Assembly: GCA_020348925.1 (NCBI GenBank)
Contig: CP070758.1
Span: 3,921,688 to 3,985,687, forward strand
DNA: 64,000 nucleotides
DNA from: Gemmatimonadota bacterium
Lineage (GTDB): Bacteria > JBHIER01 > G020348925
Reading direction: 5' to 3'
The notes below the pieces were generated by a model. That model had not been told where the DNA came from. It did no database searches and saw only the letters and a list, made by a program, of their open reading frames with translations. A program made the translations under genes and the position numbers. The first letter of the stretch is position 1, and every line of letters begins with the position of its first letter. Positions 20,403-29,572 of this stretch are shown piece by piece.

Positions 20403-21125
20403 ATGCTTCCAATGGAGGGGAAAATTGCAATTGTGACAGGTGCCGGTAAGGGAATAGGGAGAGAAATTTGTCTGCTTTTTGCGGAGAAGGGTGCCAAAAT
20501 AGTGGCTGCAGCCCGGACGCAGTCCGATATTGAGGAATTGGTGGGGCAGATTGAGTCGCAGGGTGGCGAGGCGCTTGCTGTTGCCACAGACATACGAAGG
20601 AGAGATGAGGCGGATCGACTCATCTCTTCGGCTCTTGATCGTTTCGGAGGCATAGATGTTCTTGTGAACAATGCTGGTGTTGGAGCATTTGCCAACGTCG
20701 TCGACCTCAGTGACGCAGACTGGAACAGCCAGATCGAGACGAACCTGACGGGTATGTTCTTCTGCACGCGAGCTGCATTGAAAGAAATGCTCAAAGGAAA
20801 AAAGGATACGGTTCGTCATATTATCAACATCGCATCATTGGCGTCAACGGCAGGGTTTCGTGGAGGCTCTGCCTATTGCGCCTCAAAGTTCGGTGTCGTA
20901 GGATTCACTGAGTCCCTCATGCTCGAAGTCCGTGAGCATAATATCAAGGTCTCCGTCATATTGCCAGGATCGGTGAATACCTCCTTCCGTGGAACTTCTC
21001 CTGATGCAGAATCGTGGAAACTTCATCCCGGAGATATTGCCCAGGCGGTTGTGGATGTCGTTACATCATCAAAACAGGCACTGATGAGCCGGATTGAAGT
21101 TCGGCCGTTGAAACCGAAAGGGTAA
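20403..21125 (+). CDS. SDR family oxidoreductase
   Basis: TGAGKGIG, NNAG, YCASK. Confidence 0.93.
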   Translation: MLPMEGKIAIVTGAGKGIGREICLLFAEKGAKIVAAARTQSDIEELVGQIESQGGEALAVATDIRRRDEADRLISSALDRFGGIDVLVNNAGVGAFANVVDLSDADWNSQIETNLTGMFFCTRAALKEMLKGKKDTVRHIINIASLASTAGFRGGSAYCASKFGVVGFTESLMLEVREHNIKVSVILPGSVNTSFRGTSPDAESWKLHPGDIAQAVVDVVTSSKQALMSRIEVRPLKPKG

Positions 21126-21267
21126 AAATTGTTAAAAAAATGAGGTATGACATATCGCTTCATTCCTTTTCAGTGCTCTATTCAGGGATATGGAGTGCAA
21201 CGATTCATCGTTGCGGATACGGATGGTAACACATCCCAACCGTATTTTCAGTGAAACGAGGGAGCCT

Positions 21268-21561
21268 ATGAAAGTATGTTACAGATGTGGTCGGGCGGTC
21301 GAGGTTGAAAGAACGGTCGGCCGGACGGAAGCTTGTCCTCAGTGCGATGCGGATCTCCATTGTTGTTTGAATTGTAAGTTCTATGACAAGCTGTCCCATC
21401 ATGAATGCCGAGAGCCTCAGGCTGAGCCTGTTGCCGACAAAGAAAAGGGCAACTTCTGCGATTATTTCGTCTTCAAGGACGAACCGGGGCCGAGGTCTCA
21501 ATCTGGATCTTCAGTCAGTGCACGACAGAAACTTGATCGGATGTTTAAGAAACAAAAATGA
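21268..21561 (+). CDS. Small Cys-rich (Zn-ribbon-like) hypothetical protein
   Basis: CYRC, CPQC, CCLNCKFYD, CRE, NFCDYF; GGGAG RBS before ATG 21268. Confidence 0.8.
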   Translation: MKVCYRCGRAVEVERTVGRTEACPQCDADLHCCLNCKFYDKLSHHECREPQAEPVADKEKGNFCDYFVFKDEPGPRSQSGSSVSARQKLDRMFKKQK

Positions 21562-21613
21562 GTTCCACTCTTGATGAATCCCTGAGAACCGTGGGAACGC
21601 ATGTCATCCCTTC

Positions 21614-22966
21614 ATGATGTGGTATGATTACATCGGCTGGATTGCGGGATGTGCTCTGATCTTTTTCTCGATCGCTTTTGTCATGACAAGTGTTCTTGAG
21701 AAAGAGGCGAGAGCCGTATTCATGGGTCTGATCGTCCTTGTCCCGCTATGTTTCGTATGGTTTCTCCTGTTAACGCAGCTGTATGTGTATCGGGCCGAGA
21801 TCCTTGGTTTGGGAATCGTGGGGATTGTGCTGTTTGGCCTGATCCTTTTTGTGCCCTTCGGCAAGAAAGGGTCGTTGCAGATTGTACGTCCCTTGGAGCG
21901 GTTGGATGAGCGCGATATTATTTTTGCCAGGATGCGATATCAGGAGAATTCGGAGGCGTATAATGATTATTACAGGAGACATCCTGAGTTGAAGACGACC
22001 GACGATAAGGTACGGCGCATGCCCACGCTGTACGAACCCGGTTCTGAGAATTATCACGTCATCAACAGTCCAGTTCCCCAAGCCTGCTTTGATTTTCTGG
22101 AGGATATACGAGGGACTACCGAGGCACCTCCACATGCGGAGAACAGGGATATCGATCCTGAGCGAATGTCTCTCCGCCTGAAAGGACTTGCAAAATATTA
22201 TGGTGGGAGAGACGCAGGCATTGCGGTGTTGAACGAAGGACATACGTACACCCATGTTGGTCGAGGTCAAGGAAAATACGGTGATGTGGTGAAGCTCGAT
22301 CACAAATTTGCTCTCGTCTTCACTGTGGAGATGGATCGGTTCATGGTTCGACAAGCTCCTTCATTGACCGTCTACGTTGAATCCGCAAACCAATATGTGA
22401 AAGCGGCCACGATCGCCATATCGATAGCGTACTACATTCGCTCGCTGGGGTTTTCGGCGCGGGCGCATATCGATGGAAATTACCGGATCATCGTCCCGCC
22501 CGTCGCTGTCGATGCGGGTTTGGGAGAGATAGGAAGAATCGGTCTGTTGATGACGCCGAACCTTGGTCCGCGGGTGCGCCTTGGCGCGGTAACGACCGAT
22601 ATGCCTCTTGTACCTGATAAGCCGATCTCCTTCGGCGCTCTCGATTTTTGTGAGGCGTGTACGAAATGCGCAGAGAACTGTCCCTCTGGAGCTATTCCAC
22701 AAGGGGATAAGAAAATCGTCCGAGGTGTTGAGAAATGGTTCGTCAACCAGGAGGCGTGTTACACATACTGGCGTAAGAGCGGTACTGACTGTGGAGTATG
22801 TATGAACGTATGCCCGTATAGCAAGCCGAACACATTTGTTCATAATTCTGTGCGCTACGCAGCACAACATTCGGTCGTAGCGCGCCGAGGTGCAAAATGG
22901 GCGGATGATTTTTTTTACGGTCGATTCCCAAAATCGAACAAGAAACCGGAGTGGCTGATCAGTTAG
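21614..22966 (+). CDS. Reductive dehalogenase-like protein (cobalamin, 2x 4Fe-4S) with N-terminal TM helices
   Basis: AGLGEIGRIGLLMTPNLGPRVRLGAVTTDMPLVPDKPISFG; FCEACTKCAENCP; CYTYW...DCGVCMNVCPYSK; three hydrophobic helices in aa 1-80. Confidence 0.85.
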   Translation: MMWYDYIGWIAGCALIFFSIAFVMTSVLEKEARAVFMGLIVLVPLCFVWFLLLTQLYVYRAEILGLGIVGIVLFGLILFVPFGKKGSLQIVRPLERLDERDIIFARMRYQENSEAYNDYYRRHPELKTTDDKVRRMPTLYEPGSENYHVINSPVPQACFDFLEDIRGTTEAPPHAENRDIDPERMSLRLKGLAKYYGGRDAGIAVLNEGHTYTHVGRGQGKYGDVVKLDHKFALVFTVEMDRFMVRQAPSLTVYVESANQYVKAATIAISIAYYIRSLGFSARAHIDGNYRIIVPPVAVDAGLGEIGRIGLLMTPNLGPRVRLGAVTTDMPLVPDKPISFGALDFCEACTKCAENCPSGAIPQGDKKIVRGVEKWFVNQEACYTYWRKSGTDCGVCMNVCPYSKPNTFVHNSVRYAAQHSVVARRGAKWADDFFYGRFPKSNKKPEWLIS

Positions 22967-22995
22967 CAGAGAGCCTGGAGAGGTCGACAAACGTG

Positions 22996-23781
22996 ATGAG
23001 TGAAGTTGAAAAAATATTGAAATTCACAGTGGACGTAGCAATAAGGACTGGTCATATCCTCCTCAATCATTTTCAACGGGGCTTGGACGTGAGGTATAAA
23101 AGCTCCGAGATTGATCTGGTAACGGAAGCCGACCTGGCTTCCGAGCGTTTTATCGTTGAGACCATCAGGCACCACTATCCAAAGCATGGTATCCTCTCCG
23201 AGGAGGAGGTTGAGGATAAGGAGGACAGGGAATTTTTCTGGATTATTGATCCATTGGACGGCACAGTGAACTATGCTCATGGATTTCCGATTTTTTGTGT
23301 CTCCCTGGCTTTGCAGCAGCGGGGCGATCCTATTCTAGGGGTGACGCATGATCCGATGAGGGATGAAACCTTTACCGCGGTGAAAAACCTTGGTGCGTTT
23401 CTGAATGGGGATGCGTTAAAGGTTTCCGGAGCCGATCGCCTTGTCCGATCTCTTGTGGCCACCGGTTTCCCATACAAACGGGCAACAATTGAAGATAACA
23501 ATCTGCCGGAGTTCAATCGAGTCCTGCCGAAAGTTCAGGGTGTCCGGCGGGGCGGTTCGGCCGCACTTGATTTGGCCTACGTCGCAGCCGGACGTTTGGA
23601 TGGATACTGGGAAGCTCATCTGTCCCCGTGGGACTGGGCTGCCGGAGTGTTGATGATTCAGGAGGCAGGCGGGAGGGTGACTGATAGAAGGAACCAACCG
23701 TGGACGTTTGGAAGCAAAAAGATGGTGGCAACGAACGGACTGATCCATGAGGAGTTGCTGCACATATTGAATGAATGGTGA
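22996..23781 (+). CDS. suhB: Inositol monophosphatase family protein
   Basis: DLVTEAD, WIIDPLDGTVNYAHG, RRGGSAALD, WDWAAG. Confidence 0.92.
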   Translation: MSEVEKILKFTVDVAIRTGHILLNHFQRGLDVRYKSSEIDLVTEADLASERFIVETIRHHYPKHGILSEEEVEDKEDREFFWIIDPLDGTVNYAHGFPIFCVSLALQQRGDPILGVTHDPMRDETFTAVKNLGAFLNGDALKVSGADRLVRSLVATGFPYKRATIEDNNLPEFNRVLPKVQGVRRGGSAALDLAYVAAGRLDGYWEAHLSPWDWAAGVLMIQEAGGRVTDRRNQPWTFGSKKMVATNGLIHEELLHILNEW

Positions 23782-23892
23782 TCGATGGAGGCTCCACGTT
23801 CTCGCTGCGCATGGAGGTTCGAGATCAGTACTGTAAAAATCGATGAAGGGCGTTTTCCTGAACGTGTTGCAGCAGATTGACAAGAGAACGGC

Positions 23893-24672
23893 TTGGAAAA
23901 TACATTAGCACATAACCTCTTTAAAAAATTCAACAAAGCTCTCCGGCACTATCACCTGATCGACAATGGTGATCGGATCCTGGTGGCCGTGTCAGGGGGG
24001 AAAGACAGTCTGACTTTGCTGAGATTGCTTCAACTGGATCAAGGGAAGATCCCAGTTTCCTTTGACCTCGTGGCTGTCCATGTTGAGTCGGATTTTCGGT
24101 GCGCGGGTTGTGTTCATAAGGAGATCTTGAGAAAATTATTCAAGAGCGTAAATATAGAATTCTCCTTTGAACAAATTCGTATGACCCTGGATAAGGATGG
24201 AAAGCGCCGAACACCAAACTGCTTCTGGTGCTCCTGGAATCGGAGAAAGGCGTTGTTCCTGGCTGCACAACGTTTGGGCTGCAATAAAGTGGCCTTTGGA
24301 CATCATGCTGACGACGTCGCAGAGACGACGCTCCTGAACCTCTTTTTTCACGGTCGGTTGGAGACGATGGAGCCAAAGGTCCTGTTCTTCAAGGGAAAAA
24401 TCACCGTCATCCGACCTCTGGTCTTCGTGCCCGAAAGGGAGATTCTTCGATTTGCGAAAGAGAGCGGTTTTCCATCCCAGCTCTGTCAATGTCCGAACAA
24501 TCTCACCTCGAAGCGGGCCCGAATGAAGGAGATCCTGAAGTCCATTGAAAAGGAATGTCCGAAGGCGAAAGTCAATCTCTATAAGGCAGTTGAAAACAAG
24601 ATGGTGTGGGACAGGGAAGACGGAACACACGGAGTCAATGAAAAAACGGACAGTCAGTTCCTCCTCTCGTGA
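23893..24672 (+). CDS. ttcA: tRNA 2-thiocytidine biosynthesis protein TtcA family
   Basis: PP-loop SGGKDS, CFWC..NRRK, GHHADD, VIRPL, CQCP. Confidence 0.85.
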   Translation: MENTLAHNLFKKFNKALRHYHLIDNGDRILVAVSGGKDSLTLLRLLQLDQGKIPVSFDLVAVHVESDFRCAGCVHKEILRKLFKSVNIEFSFEQIRMTLDKDGKRRTPNCFWCSWNRRKALFLAAQRLGCNKVAFGHHADDVAETTLLNLFFHGRLETMEPKVLFFKGKITVIRPLVFVPEREILRFAKESGFPSQLCQCPNNLTSKRARMKEILKSIEKECPKAKVNLYKAVENKMVWDREDGTHGVNEKTDSQFLLS

Positions 24673-24712
24673 GTGAAAAGAGCGTGGATTCTAAGTGGGG
24701 GTTATGGATGGT

Positions 24713-25090
24713 ATGACTAAGAAAATCAGGATCGGAGTGGGATCGATTACGGCTGAGGCCGAACTTCATGATACCTCAACCGTTATACTATTGTGGGAAG
24801 CGTTGCCGGTGGAGGGATTCGCCAACAGGTGGGGTGATGAAGTCTATTTCAAGATACCGGTGGATGCAGAGCTGGAAAAGGAAGCCCGGGAAGTCGTACA
24901 TGAGGGTGAGGTGGGATACTGGCCGATGGGGCAAGCCTTCTGTATCTTTTTCGGCCCAACGCCGGCCAGTAGAGGTGATGAAATTCGGGCGTACAGTCCG
25001 GTGAATATCCTCGGTCGTATTGTCGGCGATGCAACCGTGTTCAAAGATGTCACCGAGGGGGAGCCCATCACAATTGACAAGGTTGCATAG
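24713..25090 (+). CDS. Cyclophilin-like fold protein (DUF369-type)
   Basis: NRWGDEVYF, GEVGYWP.G.AFCIFFGPTP, SPVN..G; start uncertain (24695-24713). Confidence 0.85.
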   Translation: MTKKIRIGVGSITAEAELHDTSTVILLWEALPVEGFANRWGDEVYFKIPVDAELEKEAREVVHEGEVGYWPMGQAFCIFFGPTPASRGDEIRAYSPVNILGRIVGDATVFKDVTEGEPITIDKVA

Positions 25091-25134
25091 AGTGTGAAGG
25101 CTGAACTTTTTTCGTTTCGTACGGAGGTGAAGAG

Positions 25135-25458
25135 ATGCTTGAGCGTATTGACCTCAAGAGGGTGAAGAAAGAGTTGAAGACGGCATGGATGCCGGTTGAC
25201 CTGGCAAGGGTGAATGATTCGGCTGTCCGGTGCGCGAAGATCAAAGGAGAGTATCACTGGCATACGCACCGGTTCTCCGATGAATTCTTCCTCGTGCAGG
25301 ATGGCAAGATGGTCATTCAGACGACCAAGGGCGATGTCTCTTTGGAGTCAGGTCACGGTGTGGTTGTTCCGAAAGGATTGAGGCACCGATCGAAGTCGGA
25401 CAAAGGTGCCATTGCTCTTGTTTTCGAACTTCAGTCCACGAAAAAAGAAGGCGATTGA
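25135..25458 (+). CDS. Cupin domain protein
   Basis: GEYHWHTH...DEFFLV..G, VVPKGLRH. Confidence 0.88.
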   Translation: MLERIDLKRVKKELKTAWMPVDLARVNDSAVRCAKIKGEYHWHTHRFSDEFFLVQDGKMVIQTTKGDVSLESGHGVVVPKGLRHRSKSDKGAIALVFELQSTKKEGD

Positions 25459-26648
25459 TGACAGAGCGGCTCTATTTCGATGAGCCCTACCGCACTGAGT
25501 TCGAAGCCAGCGTAGTTGACAGGGTTGAGATCGAGGGTAAGCCGGCACTGATACTGAATCGGACCTGTTTCTATCCCACCGCTGGAGGCCAACAGTGTGA
25601 TCGCGGGATCATCAATGATGTGTCAGTTATTGATGTGGTGGACCAGGATGGCGAAATCATTCACGTTCTCGAGAGAGAGATTACGGGGGATGGCGTTCGC
25701 GGGTGTATCGACTGGAGGCGGCGCTTTGATTTCATGCAGCAGCATTCCGGCCAGCATGTGCTCTCGCAGAGCTTCTTTCGAATATTGGATGCCAACACAA
25801 AGTCGGCGCACCTGGGTGAGGGCTCATCGACCATCGAGATAGCTCGGGGAACCCTGAGTCGTGAAGAGGCCCATGCAGTTGAAAATGTTGCCAACAAGAT
25901 CGTTTTTGAAAATCGGGCCATCAAGACGTATTTGAGATCTGAAGACGAGCTCTCATCAATGCCATTGAGAAGAACGCCGAAGAAGAAAGGTCGGATTAGG
26001 ATTGTAGAAATTGACGGCTTTGACTTTACTCCTTGCGGTGGTACACACTGTCGCCGCACCGGAGAGATCGGGCTCATCAAGACGGGTCGGTGGGAGAAGA
26101 TTCGAGGGCACGTTCGCATTCAATTCCTGTGCGGAAACCGGGCTCTCACGGAATACAGGTGGAAGAGCGAAACCGTTGAAGAACTGGCGGATCGATTTTC
26201 AGCCAGAGGCGCTGATGTCCTCTCTCTTGTCATGAAGCAGACAGACGAGATCAAGGAACTCAAGGCAAACGTGAAGGAAGTTACGCTGAAAGCATTGGAC
26301 ATGGAGGTGCATGAGCTGCTGTCAAAGGCTCCTGTGCTCGGCGAGTTGAAAATCGTCAAGGCCGTTTATCAGAATCGTCCGTCGGAGGACATGAAAACTC
26401 TGGCGACCATGATTACTGAATCTGAGAAATCGATTGCACTTCTTGGAAATTGTGATGAAAAAGGGCAGCTGGTCTTTTCGTGTTCGAAGGGGCTCCCGTA
26501 TACAATGAACGATCTCGTCGCCGAGGCTTGCGCCAAGATCGGTGGACGTGGCGGTGGCTCCCCGGACTTAGCTTTTGGGGGTGGAACCCAACCCGAAAAC
26601 GTTGAAGACGCTATTGAACATGTCTTTCAACAAATTTTAAAAGGATAA
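25458..26648 (+). CDS. Alanyl-tRNA editing protein (AlaX-L type) with DHHA1 domain
   Basis: TERLY, FYPTAGGQ..DRG, QQHSGQH, CGGTH, C-terminal GGRGGGSP..A.GGG. Confidence 0.92.
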   Translation: MTERLYFDEPYRTEFEASVVDRVEIEGKPALILNRTCFYPTAGGQQCDRGIINDVSVIDVVDQDGEIIHVLEREITGDGVRGCIDWRRRFDFMQQHSGQHVLSQSFFRILDANTKSAHLGEGSSTIEIARGTLSREEAHAVENVANKIVFENRAIKTYLRSEDELSSMPLRRTPKKKGRIRIVEIDGFDFTPCGGTHCRRTGEIGLIKTGRWEKIRGHVRIQFLCGNRALTEYRWKSETVEELADRFSARGADVLSLVMKQTDEIKELKANVKEVTLKALDMEVHELLSKAPVLGELKIVKAVYQNRPSEDMKTLATMITESEKSIALLGNCDEKGQLVFSCSKGLPYTMNDLVAEACAKIGGRGGGSPDLAFGGGTQPENVEDAIEHVFQQILKG

Positions 26649-26712
26649 TAGAAAGATGTGCAGATTTTCGTCTCCTCAAAAGAATGGCATTCCGCAAATA
26701 CGGAAATTCGTA

Positions 26713-27693
26713 ATGCAACGCGCACTCCTGGCTGTGACAGCACTCCTGATGCTCCTCTCTCTGTTTCATTGTCAGAAGATGCCTGAGAGTGCCGAAGATG
26801 TCAAGAGTGAAAAAGATGTGGCCTCACTGCTTGAACGGTTGGAAAAACGATATGAAGAGAGTTGCATCCGAATGGGACGAGCCAATTGGAATCTGTACTC
26901 TGGCGAGGACCCTGGTGATCTGAACGCCATACGGGCTGAGTTCTCGGATATTCTGCTCGATAGTCTGTACCGGAAGATTATTAGTGACTGGAGATACATG
27001 CCTCCTGCAGACGTCGATCCCAGACTGAAGAGACGCCTTGAGATCTGGACCCAATGTTTCCTGGGAGCCTATGTGGAGGAGGATGAAGACATCTATACGC
27101 TCGAGCACTTGCTTGAGGAACGCAATCATCTGTTCCGATTCAGTCTGAACGGGGTGGAGACCTCCCAGACTGAACTGAACCGAATCATCCGTATGGAAAG
27201 TGATCCTGAGAAACGTCGCAGGGCGTGGGAGGCATTCAGCCAGCTTTCGGAGGCGAACGAGAAAGATCTGCGCCGGTTATTCCGCACGAGGAATGAGAAA
27301 TTGGAACCCTTGGGAAGGAAAATGGACTACGGGATATTTTCTTTGATGGTTCAATCTATCAATGCCTCGTGGTTGGAAAGGATTATGATAGAACTTGAGG
27401 AGCAGACGAGGGAGCCGTACAGACAGTTTGTGGATTCGATGAAGAGTGCGCTTGACCTTGAAACTCTTTATCCTTGGGATATTCAGTACGCGCTGCGTCA
27501 GAGTGCATCTCTGCCTGATGAATTCTTCCCCAGAGATCAGGCGCTGCCAACTCTCTTCGAGTTTCTCAATGCCATCGGGTTTCAAACGAAAGAGCTGCCC
27601 ATTCACATTACCGAAGGTGAATATCACTACGATGTCTTTGGGCTCGCTGTTGAGATTCCGAAAAATGTCAAGCTTTTGGTCGGTCAGGGCCGT
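26713..27693 (+). CDS. Lipoprotein resembling the N-terminal part of M2/M3 peptidases, truncated by the gap
   Basis: Signal peptide ending in Cys (LSLFHC); RRRAWEA..., RN, L.PWD..Y; HExxH region would fall in the gap. Confidence 0.6.
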
Positions 27694-27793
27694 NNNNNNN
27701 NNNNNNNNNNNNNNNNNNNNNNNNNNNNNNNNNNNNNNNNNNNNNNNNNNNNNNNNNNNNNNNNNNNNNNNNNNNNNNNNNNNNNNNNNNNNN
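27694..27793. other. Assembly gap (100 N)
   Basis: Run of N. Confidence 1.
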
Positions 27794-27891
27794 CGACAGT
27801 CCAGTGAAAAAAGAGACGCACAGCAACTCACTGCGAATAGAACAGCCAACAACGATGGTGCTTTTGACCAAACCTTTATTTTCTGAGCCAT
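27794..27891 (-). CDS. 5' end of a probable exported protein, truncated by the gap
   Basis: ATG 1 nt after ychF stop; MAQKIKVWSKAPSLLAVLFAVSCCASLFSLDC resembles a signal peptide. Confidence 0.5.
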
Positions 27892-27892
27892 G

Positions 27893-28984
27893 TTACACAT
27901 GGAAACGGTAGAAGATGATATCTCCGTCCTGAACAACATAATCACGCCCTTCTGACTGAAGCAATCCTTGATCACGGGCATGAGACCAACCACCAGCCTG
28001 TCTGAATATCTCGAACGGTACCACCTCAGCCTTTATAAATCCTCTCTCCATATCGGTATGTATCTTGCCCGCAGCTTGAGAGGCAGTGGTACCTCTCACA
28101 ATGGGTGTAGCCCTGACTTCATTGGGATTGAATGTGAAAAAAGTGATAAGATTTAAGAGTTCATAACTTTCTTGAACCACCTTCTTCAAGCTGGACTCAG
28201 TCAATCCCATGTCCGATGAGAACTCTTGTGCTTCCTCGGGAGCCAACTCCGCCAGTTCAGATTCTAACTTGGCACAGACGTGAATGACCGAACTCCCTTG
28301 AGAGGCTGCGTACTCTTCCAACTCTTTGGTGAATCGATTCCCGCCAGCGGCAAGGGAGTCCTCATCTATGTTTGCCATATAGAGGATCTTCTTCGACGTG
28401 AGAAAGAAATACTGACCGGCGATTTCGCGTTCCGTAGCACTGAATTCCAGCTCTCGAACAGGTTGAGTATCATTAAGAGAGTTCTCGATTTTTTCTAAAA
28501 TGACAAGCTCCTCTTGAAACTCTTTGTCCCCCGATTTCGCCTGTCTCTTCACTTTCTCTTTTCTCTTCTCGACGGTTTGCAAATCAGCCAACAAGAGCTC
28601 AGTCTCAATAGTCTGAACATCACGGATGGGATCGATGGTGCCATCGACATGGGTCACTTGAGTATCCTCAAAACAGCGGACCACGTGGAGTATTGAATCT
28701 ACTTCGCGGATATGGTGCAGAAACTTATTGCCAAGTCCTTCACCTCTGCTGGCTCCTTTGACCAGCCCGGCGATATCTACAAAGCGAACAACGGCCGGCG
28801 TCTTCTTCGCCGATTCACCAATTTCAAAAATATGGTCAAGGCGTTTATCATCCATCTCCGCCATACCCACGTGATGATCGGTGGTGCAAAAGGGATAGTT
28901 ATCCACTTTCACCCCCGCCTTCGTCAAGGCGTTAAATAGTGTAGACTTACCGACGTTCGGCAGACCAACAATGCCTACCTGCAT
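27893..28984 (-). CDS. ychF: Redox-regulated ATPase YchF
   Basis: [63 protein letters not shown]. Confidence 0.97.
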   Translation of the reverse strand: MQVGIVGLPNVGKSTLFNALTKAGVKVDNYPFCTTDHHVGMAEMDDKRLDHIFEIGESAKKTPAVVRFVDIAGLVKGASRGEGLGNKFLHHIREVDSILHVVRCFEDTQVTHVDGTIDPIRDVQTIETELLLADLQTVEKRKEKVKRQAKSGDKEFQEELVILEKIENSLNDTQPVRELEFSATEREIAGQYFFLTSKKILYMANIDEDSLAAGGNRFTKELEEYAASQGSSVIHVCAKLESELAELAPEEAQEFSSDMGLTESSLKKVVQESYELLNLITFFTFNPNEVRATPIVRGTTASQAAGKIHTDMERGFIKAEVVPFEIFRQAGGWSHARDQGLLQSEGRDYVVQDGDIIFYRFHV

Positions 28985-29074
28985 GATGTCAAACCCTTCA
29001 GAGTCATGGACTTTCTTTTCCGAAACAGGCCATCATTCTTCGGTAGAATTCTGCAGAGAAAATGGACCCCGCGT

Positions 29075-29554
29075 TCAGGGTTCAAATTCTTTAAAGAGTT
29101 TGTCGTACGTTTCCTCCAGTTCTTCGTTGATCACTTTCGTTTCCGAGAGAACCGGCATGAAATTCGTGTCCCCATCCCATCTGGGCACAACGTGGACATG
29201 GATATGGTCGATAACTCCTGCGCCGGCAACCTGTCCAATATTGATTCCGACATTAAATCCCTGAGGATTCAGTACTCTTTTGAATGTCCTCACGCTCAGC
29301 TGGAGAAGCTTCATCAAATCCAGAGATTCAGCATCATTCAAATCCTCAAATTCACCCACATGCCGATAGGGAGCCACCATAATATGACCATTGTTATAAG
29401 GGAATCTGTTCATCATGACGAAGCAGGAAGATCCTCTGTGCAAAATGAGACCTCCTCTGTCGTCACCACGGACCACACCCTCACAAAAAATGCACCCCTC
29501 CTTTTTTTCGGCAAGAATATATTTCATACGCCACGGTGCCCAGAGTTTATCCAT
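29075..29554 (-). CDS. HIT family hydrolase
   Basis: LWAPWR, CIFC, N.FPYNNGH, HIHVHVVPRW.GD. Confidence 0.94.
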   Translation of the reverse strand: MDKLWAPWRMKYILAEKKEGCIFCEGVVRGDDRGGLILHRGSSCFVMMNRFPYNNGHIMVAPYRHVGEFEDLNDAESLDLMKLLQLSVRTFKRVLNPQGFNVGINIGQVAGAGVIDHIHVHVVPRWDGDTNFMPVLSETKVINEELEETYDKLFKEFEP

Positions 29555-29572
29555 AGCAGCTCCGATCCGATC

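Noticed and set aside
27694-27793. Replication terminus at the skew switch
   Set aside because: The switch falls on an assembly gap and no dif site is visible; a contig join is the simpler explanation
26656-27993. ORFs read through the N run
   Set aside because: Artefacts of translating N
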